From: Candidatus Hydrogenedentota bacterium
GTDB taxonomy: Bacteria; Hydrogenedentota; Hydrogenedentia; Hydrogenedentales; SLHB01
DNA: 64,000 nucleotides
Direction of reading: 5' to 3'
NCBI GenBank assembly: GCA_963668025.2
Contig: CAXXTH010000017.1
Location: 768,001 to 832,000, forward strand
Below the pieces are notes generated by a model. It was not told where the DNA came from. It searched no databases and saw nothing but the letters and a program-made list of their open reading frames with translations. Shown piece after piece: positions 19,978-30,418 of this stretch. A program made the position numbers and the translations under genes. The first letter of the stretch is position 1. Each line of letters begins with the position of its first letter.

Positions 19978-21468
19978 ATGTTTATTGGAAGCAAAGCTAC
20001 AAGCACCATTCTTGATATCCTGCAAACCGGTATTAATGAGTTGATCCGCATGGCGGGTATACCGTCCGAATGCAAATTCACCACCCTTGACTGCGAAATT
20101 CAGGTGTTCTCCGCTGATATGGGCAAGCGGCTCGACCGGGTCCGCATCGAATATGCGGCCAAGGAGGACGCTTCCGCGGATGATGTGGCGGAAACGCTGA
20201 AAAAGGTAAACATCCCGACGCAGGTCCAGGCGAATAAAGGAAAATTGATCATTACGCTTCCGCCCTTCGAGTGGCGGCAGCTCAAACAATTGGTCCCAGT
20301 GGATGATGTCCTCGAGGCGACGGCGGCCCATTCGTTGCGCTCCCTTTCCTGGAACGTGGTGGCCAAGAAGTATAAGCGGCATGAGGTGAACATCAACCGC
20401 TTGATCGAGATCATGAAGGACCGCAAGGCGTCGGACCTCCACCTTCGCGCCGGTTCGCCGCCCTATGTGCGTGTGGATAACGATTTGCTCCCGCTGGATA
20501 TGCCCCCCCTCTCGGCCAAGGACATGCAGGAAATCGTCGATCAGTTGGGCAGCGAAGATGAAGTCCAAAAACTCGAATCCGAGCGTGAAAGCAGTTTCCA
20601 ATTCCATGCCGCAGGCGTCGGTTATCTGCGCTGTTCGGGCTACTATAAACAGGGGGCCATGGCCGTTGCGCTCCGGTTGATTCCCGAGGAGCCGCTTCCC
20701 TTCGAACAGCTCAATATTCCCGACATTGTGCGCGCCGTATGCAACAAGCCGCGTGGATTGTTCTTGGTGGCGGGCGTGACGGGCAGCGGCAAGTCCACCA
20801 CCCTGGCCGCCATGGTGGACTATATTAACCAAACCCGCCACACGCACATCATCACCATCGAAGACCCCATCGAGTATGTGTACCGGGACAAGAAGAGCAT
20901 TGTCTCCCAGCGCCAAGTAGGCCGCGACACCTTCTCGTTCGCCAACGGCCTGCGCGGGGCGTTGCGCGAAGACCCCGATGTGATTCTCGTGGGCGAAATG
21001 CGCGACGTCGAGACCATCCGCGCCGCCATCAGCGCCGCTGAAACAGGCCACTTGGTGTTCAGCACGCTGCACACCATGACCGCCGTGGACACCGTGAACC
21101 GCGTGATCAGCTACTTCCCGCAAGCCGAGCGCGACTTGATCCGGCAAGAGCTGGCCTATTCGCTTCAAGGCGTCGTCTGCCAGCGCCTGCTCAAACGCAT
21201 CGGTGGCGGGCGTATTCCTTGCCTCGAGATCCTCGTGGGTAACAAACCCATCGTGCGCGACGCCATCCTCGAAGCCGACATCAGCCGGCTCTACAGCATC
21301 ATCGAAGTCGACTCGGATATGAAGTCCTTCGACCAGTATTCCGTCGAGCTCTATCAGAAAAAGCTGGTCGAGAAGGACGAGGCCATGAGCGCTTGTTCGA
21401 ACGACGAGGCCTTCGAGCGCATCATCTCAGGCATCAAATCCTCGGAAGGCCGCAAACTGCTAGGGTAA
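19978..21468 (+). CDS. pilT: PilT/PilU family ATPase with ~130-aa N-terminal extension
   Basis: ASDLHL, GVTGSGKST, TIEDPIE, ALREDPD, AETGHLVFSTLHT. Confidence 0.9.
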   Translation: MFIGSKATSTILDILQTGINELIRMAGIPSECKFTTLDCEIQVFSADMGKRLDRVRIEYAAKEDASADDVAETLKKVNIPTQVQANKGKLIITLPPFEWRQLKQLVPVDDVLEATAAHSLRSLSWNVVAKKYKRHEVNINRLIEIMKDRKASDLHLRAGSPPYVRVDNDLLPLDMPPLSAKDMQEIVDQLGSEDEVQKLESERESSFQFHAAGVGYLRCSGYYKQGAMAVALRLIPEEPLPFEQLNIPDIVRAVCNKPRGLFLVAGVTGSGKSTTLAAMVDYINQTRHTHIITIEDPIEYVYRDKKSIVSQRQVGRDTFSFANGLRGALREDPDVILVGEMRDVETIRAAISAAETGHLVFSTLHTMTAVDTVNRVISYFPQAERDLIRQELAYSLQGVVCQRLLKRIGGGRIPCLEILVGNKPIVRDAILEADISRLYSIIEVDSDMKSFDQYSVELYQKKLVEKDEAMSACSNDEAFERIISGIKSSEGRKLLG

Positions 21469-21884
21469 TTTTTTGACAAGAAACCAGGACGCATAAAAAG
21501 CGATAGACGCTGTTTTTTCGGCATGATTTGCCAGATGGACAAGGCTATTTATAAGAATATTTTATAGGGTGCTCTGAGTTAATTATTATAACTGTTTCTA
21601 TTTATACACCAAAATGTCTTGTCCATCTTGCAAATCATGCCGAAAAAGCTTATCCATTAGCGTTGGTGGTGCGGAACCCTCTTCATTCCCAGATGAATTC
21701 TCAGGCATTTCATAAATCCCAAATTCTTTTTCCTCCATAAAATTTGTGTGTGTGCCATTCGTTCCCTGCGAACCGCGCATTGGCCATTGATGTAAGTAAG
21801 CGCTTACTGTATAGTGTTTTTTTGGATATTTGGCAACTAAGAACACATACCAAACGATGGCTGGCAGCCAAAAGAGATTTCTAT

Positions 21885-22976
21885 ATGCTTCAAAAAATAA
21901 AAGGATTCACGCTGATTGAACTGCTTGTGGTGATTGCAATCATCGCCATTCTGGCAGCCATACTGCTCCCCGCGCTCGCACGAGCTCGGGAAGCGGCCCG
22001 CCGTGCAAGCTGCCAAAGCAATTTAAAACAATTTGGAATCATCTATAAAATGTACTCGGGCGAAAATAACGGCAAATTTCCACCCGCCTATGGCATGGGC
22101 TATTATTATCGTGACTGTTCAGGAAAGCCGGCTAATTTTTCCGACTGCCAAATGGCGGATGGATTCAAGCTATCTCCGGACCAGAAGAGCATTTATCCTG
22201 ATTACTTGAACGACTTGAAGATTCTGGTTTGTCCATCTTCACCGAATGCTGGAGAATCTATCGAGGAAGCGCTTGCAGTCATCAAGCCCTATGATTCGAG
22301 CGGGAGAGCCTGCAAATACACCGGTTTTTCCGATAACCCACAGGACAGTTACTTATATTTTGGCTGGTTGCTGGATTTATGCAACGGTCCTGCTGATGAC
22401 ATGGAACTACAATCCAACTTCACCGACCTGGCCCTGCTAGGTCTCGGGAAAGCCGGAGAACGGCCTCCCGTCCCTCTGCAATTCGCCGCTATGCTGGAAG
22501 TTCTCTTGGATCCCGCCGTTATGGCGTTTTTTCCGTTTCCGGGTTATCCCGCTCTTCCGAGCGCTTGCGCCACCTATTCGGACGCCACCGAATTTTATAA
22601 TAATTTCTTTGATAGCGATATCAACGTATCGGGCCTGCACAGTCCGTTCAACAGGTTCGGCAACGAATATGGCTCTACAATCCTACGGCTGCGCGAAGGT
22701 GTCGAGAGGTTCATGATTTCCGACATCAACAACCCGGCCGCTGGCGCAACGGCCCAGTCGGGTATGGTGGTGATGTTTGATGTCATCAGCTTGAATGATA
22801 ATTCCAGCTCCCCATTTCACCACAAGTTTAATCACAAACCTGGGGGCGGCAATGTGCTCTATATGGATGGGCATGCCGAATGGGTTAAATATGAGACGAA
22901 CGGCCGCTTTCCCATTAACGCTGGAATGGCCGCCATCCTTAGCTTGGAGGATTTGGGAACGGGGAAATCTCTTTGA
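21885..22976 (+). CDS. Prepilin N-methylation/DUF1559 protein with H-X9-DG C-terminal motif
   Basis: [44 protein letters not shown]; [14 protein letters not shown]. Confidence 0.92.
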   Translation: MLQKIKGFTLIELLVVIAIIAILAAILLPALARAREAARRASCQSNLKQFGIIYKMYSGENNGKFPPAYGMGYYYRDCSGKPANFSDCQMADGFKLSPDQKSIYPDYLNDLKILVCPSSPNAGESIEEALAVIKPYDSSGRACKYTGFSDNPQDSYLYFGWLLDLCNGPADDMELQSNFTDLALLGLGKAGERPPVPLQFAAMLEVLLDPAVMAFFPFPGYPALPSACATYSDATEFYNNFFDSDINVSGLHSPFNRFGNEYGSTILRLREGVERFMISDINNPAAGATAQSGMVVMFDVISLNDNSSSPFHHKFNHKPGGGNVLYMDGHAEWVKYETNGRFPINAGMAAILSLEDLGTGKSL

Positions 22977-23214
22977 AAAAGGGATCTTCGTGAGAATTTG
23001 TGGGCGTTTGAGCGCTAGGAATAACATGCAGGCAGTGGCAATCCTGTTCAAAGAAGCTTCTTTTTAACCACGGGGACATGGGGAGCCACGGGGAACGAAA
23101 GGCGTTCACAAAACAAATACCCAGAAATAGGACTTAACTTTCTGGGTAAACTGCAACGACTATACTGTTGGATGCCATGGGGCACGGTATGAATTTCCCG
23201 TGTGCGAGCGCCTA

Positions 23215-24477
23215 TTACAGCAGCGCGGATTCTTCCATATTGAGCCGCATTACCGGCGCGGGTCTTGTCGGCGGCTCCGGCATAGCGGGCGCTTCCGTCT
23301 TTTCCATTGGCGCGGGCGTGTCATCGGCTGCCCCGGCGGCGATCCATTCGCGGATGACATGCAGTTCGCCTTCCGACAACGGCGCACCGCCCTTGGGCAT
23401 TTGGGGCTGAAGCTCGCCTCGAATGTACCGGACAATGGCGCTTTGCCCGGGCCGTCCAGGCGTTACCGCCGCGCCCGATTCCTCGCCTGGTTTCAACATG
23501 GACGCCACCGAGGTGAGATCCAATCCGCCGGAGGCGCTCGATGGATTGTGGCAGGCTGTACAATGCCGCTCGAAAATGGGTTTCACATCCTTGGTGTAGC
23601 TCACTTGGGCCGCCAATTCCGGTTCGATAGGATGCACGGGCAACAGCGCCTCCTGCTCCTCGCTGCCGGTGGATTCAACAGGCTCAGCGGCCTCTTCAGC
23701 GGGCGGCGATGGAGGCGCGGTTTCTGGCTGCGGAAAAGCGGCTTCAGGCATGGCCTCCATTTCGGGCGGCGCGGGAGTTTCCGCTGGAAGCGGCGGCGAT
23801 ACGGTATTGGGCGCGGGAACGGGTAGTGTCGGCTCCGGGGCTTCCGCAAGGGGAAGCGGGGCGCGGTTCTCCACGGATAGCGGCTTGGCGGTGTTTTCGG
23901 GGATAGAAGGCGTGGTGATGGGCGGCTGCGGTTTGTCGGGTATTGGCGGGTATTCAAGCGAAATGGCTTCAGACGGTGCAGGCGGGACAGCCTCGAAGGA
24001 GGCCGTCATGGCGGGCGTGCCCACGCCATATTGGTACACCAGCGTGCCGCCCAAATGGCCGACAACCGCCACCCAAAGCCCAACGGCGATGCTGGCGATC
24101 ATGGCCAGCGCCAAAGCCGTATTCCGCACCCACTGGAAGCGAATCAGCGACAGGGCCAGAAACGCCGCCGTTCCCGCGGCCAGCATCCAAAGTTTTTCCG
24201 CCATTTCCCTATGATTATCAATCATTGCAAGGGCGGCTGGCCCGGCGGAGCCTGGAACTTGCGCCATCGCTTGTTCCCCAAATTCCGCCGCGAGCAGCGC
24301 GAATAGGGCCAGCAAGATATATCCGCCTAGCGCCACGCGCAGCAGTATAGGCCGGGCATGTTCGGCCAATGCGCAAAAGTACACGAGCGGAATGCCCAGA
24401 ATCGCCAGCGCCACGGGGAAGTGGACCACCATGGCGTGGAGCATTTGGGGATGTTGCAGTATTTCAAGCTGCGGCAT
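23215..24477 (-). CDS. DUF2231-like membrane protein fused via a Pro-rich linker to a planctomycete-type cytochrome c domain
   Basis: HAMVVHFPVAL, GHLGGTLVY; C-terminal YTKDVKPIFERHCTACH...MP...WIAAGA; AAGGAG RBS. Confidence 0.8.
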   Translation of the reverse strand: MPQLEILQHPQMLHAMVVHFPVALAILGIPLVYFCALAEHARPILLRVALGGYILLALFALLAAEFGEQAMAQVPGSAGPAALAMIDNHREMAEKLWMLAAGTAAFLALSLIRFQWVRNTALALAMIASIAVGLWVAVVGHLGGTLVYQYGVGTPAMTASFEAVPPAPSEAISLEYPPIPDKPQPPITTPSIPENTAKPLSVENRAPLPLAEAPEPTLPVPAPNTVSPPLPAETPAPPEMEAMPEAAFPQPETAPPSPPAEEAAEPVESTGSEEQEALLPVHPIEPELAAQVSYTKDVKPIFERHCTACHNPSSASGGLDLTSVASMLKPGEESGAAVTPGRPGQSAIVRYIRGELQPQMPKGGAPLSEGELHVIREWIAAGAADDTPAPMEKTEAPAMPEPPTRPAPVMRLNMEESALL

Positions 24478-24696
24478 AACGACTCCTTCCTCCCCTGGGC
24501 GCACCCAGAGGCTTGCATATATGGCGAGCAATAAGCACGCTATCAAACCCGGACGGAGCTGTCAAGAAGCCTTTATCAACACGCAAATGAAAGATCTCAG
24601 CAATACGTTGAGCCGCATTGCATTCATGACGGCCGGGGACGGCGGTTCCACGCTCTTAACAACCAAATAAATGTGTAGGGCCGGCGTCCTCGCCGA

Positions 24697-24996
24697 TCAT
24701 TCGTCGTGAGAGCTTTGCTCCGCGCCGCTATAATGAAGCACGATGGAGCGTCGCACATGCCGGTAGCGGCGGACGCCTTGGACCACTGAGGCGATGGCGA
24801 TGGGCATGAGCGCATACCCGAGCACCCGCATGTCCACACTGTCCGGAAACACTTTAATGATGGTGAAGGCGGAAACGAGAATGATCAAGCCGGTTCGAAG
24901 ATACGCCAGCAGCGTCCGTTCATTGGCTAAATGCGTCCGTTCAATGGCTAAATAGTCTCGAAGGATCAGCTTATCCGGTTGCTCTTCATTCGGCAT
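24697..24996 (-). CDS. DUF202/YidH membrane protein
   Basis: RDYLAIERTHLANERTLLAYLRT. Confidence 0.9.
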   Translation of the reverse strand: MPNEEQPDKLILRDYLAIERTHLANERTLLAYLRTGLIILVSAFTIIKVFPDSVDMRVLGYALMPIAIASVVQGVRRYRHVRRSIVLHYSGAEQSSHDE

Positions 24997-25442
24997 GGTA
25001 TCATCAGCCTCTTTCGATCTGTTTTGCGCCCGCGAGCCTGCTCACGAATATGATTTTAACGCAATGAGCCGCTTGTTGCCAGGCAGCGCCACAAGGAAAT
25101 CGGATTAAAAAAAGCGGTGCTTTTCCCTCTCACGGAGTATTTGTGTTTGTTTGTCCAAACATATCTAAAACGTCTTTTCTCCACATTCCTGGAGGATGAG
25201 CCACGAAAGGCGCAAAAGACACAAAATTGATTCTTGCGTCTTTTGTGCCTCTTGAGGCCAATTCTGGGTAGTTTCTGATATGATTGCCGTGGGCAGCTCC
25301 CTTTTTCAAGTGAAAGCAACAAGTAGCAAGGTGCGGCCAGCCGTGGAATCTGCTAAAATAAGCCTACTCAACCAGCTAACCGTCCCAAACTTCGCCATGA
25401 AGCGGAGTTCGAGATGGTGCAACCTCCGGCATTGGAGCGGTT

Positions 25443-26036
25443 ATGAATCTCCCGAACAGATTAACCATGGCCCGGATAGGCATGTCGATTGTGTTCATCG
25501 CATTGATGTCAATCGAACACTTTGCTTGTCTAGTCTTGGGTTATATGGTCTTTATCGCGGCTTCGATCACGGATTATTACGACGGAAAATTGGCGCGCCA
25601 AAGAGGCCTTGTGACGAATTTCGGGAAACTTGCCGACCCCGTCGCGGATAAGATCCTCCTGTCGGCGGCATTCATCATGGCCATGCTGCTGGATGACTTG
25701 TATATCCCTGGCTGGACGGTTGTCGTTATCTTGGCCCGGGAATTCCTCGTGACGGGCGCCCGTTCTCTGGCGGCGAGCGATGGAGTGATTATCGCCGCGA
25801 ACAAATGGGGCAAGACGAAAACCGTACTGCAAATTGTATACATTAATTGCTGCTTTAGCTTTGTGGTCCTACGTAATATCTTGAGTTACGCCGCACCAGA
25901 TTTTGTGCCTCTTGTTAAGGGCGTGCTGTACCACGCCTCCCTTTGGGGGGCCGTCGCAGTGGCGATTTTTACGGTGTACTCGGGTTTTCAATTCATTCGC
26001 AGCAACTGGAGCCGCCTCAACCTGGATAACATGTGA
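25443..26036 (+). CDS. pgsA: Phosphatidylglycerophosphate synthase
   Basis: NLPNRLT..R; DYYDGKLAR...FGKLADPVADK. Confidence 0.92.
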   Translation: MNLPNRLTMARIGMSIVFIALMSIEHFACLVLGYMVFIAASITDYYDGKLARQRGLVTNFGKLADPVADKILLSAAFIMAMLLDDLYIPGWTVVVILAREFLVTGARSLAASDGVIIAANKWGKTKTVLQIVYINCCFSFVVLRNILSYAAPDFVPLVKGVLYHASLWGAVAVAIFTVYSGFQFIRSNWSRLNLDNM

Positions 26037-27160
26037 TGCTGGAAAAATTCGCGTCAAAGCTCATCATCGATCTGAAGGCATATGCGCATAACTTGTCCGT
26101 ATTGCGTTCACGTACGCCGCGCGGCTGCAAACTGTGCGCCGTCGTAAAATCCAATGCCTACGGGCATGGCGCGCTGCCCATTGCCCGGCGCGCCATAAAA
26201 GAAGGCGCGGCCATGCTTGCCGTGGCCCATGTGGGTGAAGGAGCGGAACTGCGCGCGGCGGGCATTCAAGCGCCCATATTGGTGCTGGTCCAGCCGCAGG
26301 CCAGCGATCTCGAGGCGATCATCGGGCTGGATTTGCAGCCGATGATATCGGATCGCGCCTCCATGGAGCGGCTCAGCATGCTGGCGTCGCGCATGAATCG
26401 AGTGGCGGTTGTGCATGTGAAGATCGATACCGGCATGGGACGGGAAGGCTTTCCGCTCGATGAGGCCCTTCCCGCGCTCCAGCATATGCCCCATTTGCCC
26501 AACATCCGCCTGGCGGGCGTGGCCACGCACCTATCGAGCGCCGATGAGCTTGCCCACCCGGAAGTGACGCTGGAGCAGCTCGCCCGGTTTCGTGGCCTGC
26601 TTTCCGCGTGCGCCGTGCGGGGCATCCATTGCGGATGCATCCACGCCGCCAGCAGCGGCGGAGTACTAAATGATTTTGACGCGGCTTTCGACATGGTGCG
26701 CCCCGGCATCGCCACCTATGGCGTCTGGCCGAATGCGCGGCCAGCCTCCACGCCTGCGCTGCGGCCTGTCCTGCGCTGGGAAGCGCCGGTCGTATTCCTA
26801 AAAGAACTTCCCGCCGGTTCGCCCATTGGCTATAACCGGCGCTTTATTACGACCCGGCCCACCCGCCTGGCCATTGTGCCCGTTGGCTATGCGGATGGCT
26901 ATTTACGCGCGTTGACGAATAAAGGTGAAGTATTGTTGCATGGCATTCGCTGCCCCGTTCGAGGCGCGGTGTCCATGGACCAAATAACCGTGGATGTGAC
27001 GGAAGCGCCGCGCACCGCCGTGGGGGATACCGCCACGCTGATTGGCGCGGATGGGGCGGAAACCATCGGCGCGGATACGCTGGCCGAACGAGCGGGAACC
27101 ATTTCGTACGAAATCTTCACGGGTTTGGGCCGAAGGTCCGAGCGCGTATACATCGAGTGA
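26033..27160 (+). CDS. alr: Alanine racemase
   Basis: AVVKSNAYGHG, KIDTGMGR, VGYADG, SMDQ, TISYE. Confidence 0.96.
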   Translation: MMLEKFASKLIIDLKAYAHNLSVLRSRTPRGCKLCAVVKSNAYGHGALPIARRAIKEGAAMLAVAHVGEGAELRAAGIQAPILVLVQPQASDLEAIIGLDLQPMISDRASMERLSMLASRMNRVAVVHVKIDTGMGREGFPLDEALPALQHMPHLPNIRLAGVATHLSSADELAHPEVTLEQLARFRGLLSACAVRGIHCGCIHAASSGGVLNDFDAAFDMVRPGIATYGVWPNARPASTPALRPVLRWEAPVVFLKELPAGSPIGYNRRFITTRPTRLAIVPVGYADGYLRALTNKGEVLLHGIRCPVRGAVSMDQITVDVTEAPRTAVGDTATLIGADGAETIGADTLAERAGTISYEIFTGLGRRSERVYIE

Positions 27161-27173
27161 AGCCCCTGCGCTG

Positions 27174-27701
27174 ATGCAACAGCTTTTCCTCATAGACGGC
27201 TACAATGTCGTCCATTTTTGCCCGCGCCTGCTTGCGCTTGCCCAGAATGGATTTGAAGATGCGCGCGATGCCCTGATCGAACTGGTGTCGCAGTATTGCG
27301 CCACTTCGGGAAATGCGGCCAAAGTCGTATTCGATGGCCGTGGGCGGCATGCGCAACGCTCAAAACCTTTCCGGAGCGGGCCGGGGCTCGAGGTGCTCTA
27401 TTCCCCTGAGCATCTGGCTGCCGATACGGTCATCGAGCGCATCGTCTACAACACAAAATTAGACCGCAAAGACATTGTCGTCGTGACGGGCGATATGGGG
27501 ATACGTGATTTATGCCGCGCCATGGGTTCATTGGTGATGGCCCCAGCGAATTTCCTGGCGTTTACGGAAGAGCGCATGAATCGTTCCCGCGATGAACTCC
27601 ATGCCGCCACGGAATCCTACCGCCGCTCGATGCTCGAGGACCGGCTGGATGAAACCTCCCTCGAACGGCTTCGCGCATGGAAAAACAAACTACAAAAATA
27701 G
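27174..27701 (+). CDS. NYN/YacP-like PIN ribonuclease domain protein
   Basis: LIDGYN, VVFDG, ADTVIE, VVTGD. Confidence 0.85.
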   Translation: MQQLFLIDGYNVVHFCPRLLALAQNGFEDARDALIELVSQYCATSGNAAKVVFDGRGRHAQRSKPFRSGPGLEVLYSPEHLAADTVIERIVYNTKLDRKDIVVVTGDMGIRDLCRAMGSLVMAPANFLAFTEERMNRSRDELHAATESYRRSMLEDRLDETSLERLRAWKNKLQK

Positions 27702-27732
27702 ATTACATAACCTCAGCACGGATTTTGGGACC

Positions 27733-28080
27733 ACTAAATACACTAAAAAATGAAGCTCCGCCGCCGGATACATCCAGGTATCAATAGCGCGAAATGGCTC
27801 GCTTTTGGGATGCCCATACAGAGCAATTCGGAGGAGGGGGCATTTGTACCCAGGGGCTCCCTTGCCCTTCGGGCAGCGGTCGGCCCTGGGCTGAGATGGG
27901 ATGAACCCTCGGGACACGCATACATTACCGATAGTACAAAGGGTGTCTTGTTGAATGTAATTATCTTGTAAATCAATTCAGATCATATAGTTAGGGGTGC
28001 TCTTGTTTGGGGAATCTCTTGAACGTTGGAGCCAGCCCCACCTCGCAAAAAAAAGCTACTAATTTTTTAGTGTATTTAGT
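27733..28080. repeat. 19-bp inverted repeat bracketing a ~350-bp intergenic segment with REP-like hairpins
   Basis: ACTAAATACACTAAAAAAT at 27733-27751, exact reverse complement at 28062-28080; internal CCCAGGG...CCCTGGG hairpin. Confidence 0.7.
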
Positions 28081-28082
28081 AA

Positions 28083-28865
28083 TTATTTTACTGGGACGTC
28101 TTTCCCATTGCCCCGCTTCAATCGGTCTAGATTCCATAATTTGGCGTATTTCATGAACACGGAAAACGCCGCTAAGCCACAGAGCACCACGCCGTGATAT
28201 CCATCCCGGAATCCAGAACGCACAATATACATGTTTAGGAAACGAGTGATAGGCCGGACGAGTAAATCGAACGCATTCGCACGCTTGCCCACATCAAGCA
28301 AATCCATGGCGCCCCACGAGGTAAACCGGTGGAACGTGGCGAAATACTCTTCATAATCTCGATAGGTGTCGTGATACATAGGCTCGATGATCCGGCCTAC
28401 CGGGCCGTCCACTACCACTCGAGAATGCACCCGGCGTTTGAGATACCGCCCTTTTTGCGTGCGGAATAAGCGCAGGTTGTAATCTTTCTGCCACCCGCAA
28501 CCTTTAATCAGGCGTCCGAAAAAGTAAGACAGACGGCGGATCATATACCCATCAGGTCCGCCTGGCGTTTGAATGATGTCTTGAATCCGATTCGCCAGCT
28601 CCGGAGAAACCCACTCGTCCGCGTCCAATACGAGCGTCCATTCCGTAGCGATCTGAGGTATGGCCCAATTGCGCTGGCTGGCGGCGTCTTCATAATCTCG
28701 ATACACCACTTGGCTGGTATACCGCCGGGCGATTGCATCCGAGCCATCCGTCGTTTTCGTGTCGATCACGCAAAAGATACTATCCGCCCATGCCACGCTG
28801 TCGAGGCAGCGGGGCAGGCGGTCGGCGGCATTCGGAACCAATGTCAAGACCGTGATACTGCTCAC
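28083..28865 (-). CDS. GT2 glycosyltransferase (WaaE-like)
   Basis: CLDSVAWAD, QRNWA, LDADE, LRLF, GFRDG. Confidence 0.9.
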   Translation of the reverse strand: MSSITVLTLVPNAADRLPRCLDSVAWADSIFCVIDTKTTDGSDAIARRYTSQVVYRDYEDAASQRNWAIPQIATEWTLVLDADEWVSPELANRIQDIIQTPGGPDGYMIRRLSYFFGRLIKGCGWQKDYNLRLFRTQKGRYLKRRVHSRVVVDGPVGRIIEPMYHDTYRDYEEYFATFHRFTSWGAMDLLDVGKRANAFDLLVRPITRFLNMYIVRSGFRDGYHGVVLCGLAAFSVFMKYAKLWNLDRLKRGNGKDVPVK

Positions 28866-29083
28866 GTGAAGAATCCCGGAGGTTCAATTCCTTTCGCCAC
28901 GTCTCCTCAAGAGGTTCGCGGCCCAGGCCATCTGTACAATAACAAAATACCCACATGAATGAAACCATCGGGCATCCCACCGGAATCCGCATATGGATTT
29001 CGGCAGTTTCGAGAAAGCTTGAAATAATCAGGCAATTAACGGCAAATGACCAGCGAGGGCGCCTGTCCCATGCATTGTTTATA

Positions 29084-29139
29084 AAAAAAGTGATTGGGGT
29101 AGGGAAGGCCGAAAGCGCCCGGCCTCCCCTACCCCAATC
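29084..29139 (-). terminator. Intrinsic terminator
   Basis: GATTGGGGTAGGG..GGCCG / CGGCC..CCCTACCCCAATC stem next to an A-tract (U-tail on the minus strand). Confidence 0.7.
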
Positions 29140-29243
29140 GGGTATTAAAAAATTGTAAAGAATGTCCTATTCGCTTAAATTCCCGTCCATTCGCGGTGTC
29201 CAGAATGGTGTTTGCGGTTCTTTGTCGCGGATTGGGCTTTTGC

Positions 29244-29546
29244 TCAACTGGTTGTCGTATCCGTCAAGTCAGTGACGAAATCGATCATGCCATCCAGGTA
29301 GATGATGAAATAGCTTAAAAGCATATTAAGCCACTCGACAACTTGGTCCCAGATTGCATCCCAATCGATATCTTCTTTCTCATCACCTTTGAGCTGGGCG
29401 AGTGGCGCGGCGCTCGCCCCATGGCCTGTTATCGAGGCGATGTACGCCCCGCTGGCGGGCCCTGCCGCTTCAGCCGGCCCTGCTGGCCAGGCCAGCAGCA
29501 CGGCGGATGTTATGCCAAAACACAACACGATCAAAAAACGGCCCAT
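29244..29546 (-). CDS. Small secreted hypothetical protein
   Basis: GAGGAGG RBS; signal peptide ending AEA; acidic amphipathic C-terminus. Confidence 0.65.
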   Translation of the reverse strand: MGRFLIVLCFGITSAVLLAWPAGPAEAAGPASGAYIASITGHGASAAPLAQLKGDEKEDIDWDAIWDQVVEWLNMLLSYFIIYLDGMIDFVTDLTDTTTS

Positions 29547-29596
29547 CTGGCAATCCTCCTCTTAATGGATCTGGCAATCCAATCCGAGTGCTACAT

Positions 29597-29740
29597 TCAG
29601 AATATATTCGCCAGCCAGTTTTCAACAACCGTAAGAAACTGTATCACCGCATTCTCGATGCGGTCGGGAACACAATTGATCACATTACATGGCGGAATCG
29701 AATTCACAAATGTGCGAATCATCTCGAACAGGTGAAGCAT
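29597..29740 (-). CDS. 47-aa small protein not in the ORF track
   Basis: AAGGAG RBS then MLHLFEMIRTFVNSIPPCNVINCVPDRIENAVIQFLTVVENWLANIF*. Confidence 0.55.
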   Translation of the reverse strand: MLHLFEMIRTFVNSIPPCNVINCVPDRIENAVIQFLTVVENWLANIF

Positions 29741-30034
29741 ACCGTTCTCCTTTCGGTTTCATATCCGCATCATCATAGCGAATCTCATGGAACCGGGCAA
29801 AACCGCAACCGCATGCAGCCACCTACTTAATAGGTGTATACGGAAGACGTGCTTGTTTCATCTTTTTATTGCTCATAAACAGGCGTCTGGATACTCCCTC
29901 CCCGTGCCCCTCGTGGCAAATCCATCCTCCCTACCAGCGGTGAAGAACCGCTTTTTTTTCGCGTAGAAGCAGTTGAATGAGTTGAGGATGCGCCGGTGCG
30001 GGGAGTTTTTTCTTCGCATCGGCGCTTTTTTTTG

Positions 30035-30070
30035 TTGACTTCTGGTACGGAAGTATATATACTTCCGTAC
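30035..30070 (+). promoter_or_regulatory. Near-consensus sigma70 promoter overlapped by a 26-bp perfect palindrome
   Basis: TTGACT(30035)-N17-TATACT(30058); GTACGGAAGTATATATACTTCCGTAC at 30045-30070 abuts ATG 30071. Confidence 0.75.
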
Positions 30071-30418
30071 ATGGAAGGGAAACCTGTCACGAACTCGGCG
30101 GGACGCAAGGTCCAGGCGCGCCTGGCGCGTCTGGGGCCCTTTCTTCCCGCCACGCTCACCATCACCCGCAGCCGCTGCGGGAACCCGCGCTGCCGGTGCG
30201 TCCAGGAAGGGCCGATCCATGAAACGGCCCTGCTGACGTGGAAGGAGGGCGGGAAGACCCGCACCCTCCACGTGCCCCGTGAATTGCGCCGCGAAGTGGC
30301 GCAATGGATTGAGGAATGGAAAAAGCTCAAGAAGCTCGTCGAGGCCATGGGCGCGGCCCAACGGCAGTTCCTGCAAACCCGCAAGAAGAGCATCCGGAAA
30401 TCATCCGGGCCTTCTTGA
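30071..30418 (+). CDS. DUF6788 family protein
   Basis: RCGNPRCRC...GPIH...LTWKEGGKTRTLHVP, the typical pattern as recalled. Confidence 0.85.
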   Translation: MEGKPVTNSAGRKVQARLARLGPFLPATLTITRSRCGNPRCRCVQEGPIHETALLTWKEGGKTRTLHVPRELRREVAQWIEEWKKLKKLVEAMGAAQRQFLQTRKKSIRKSSGPS

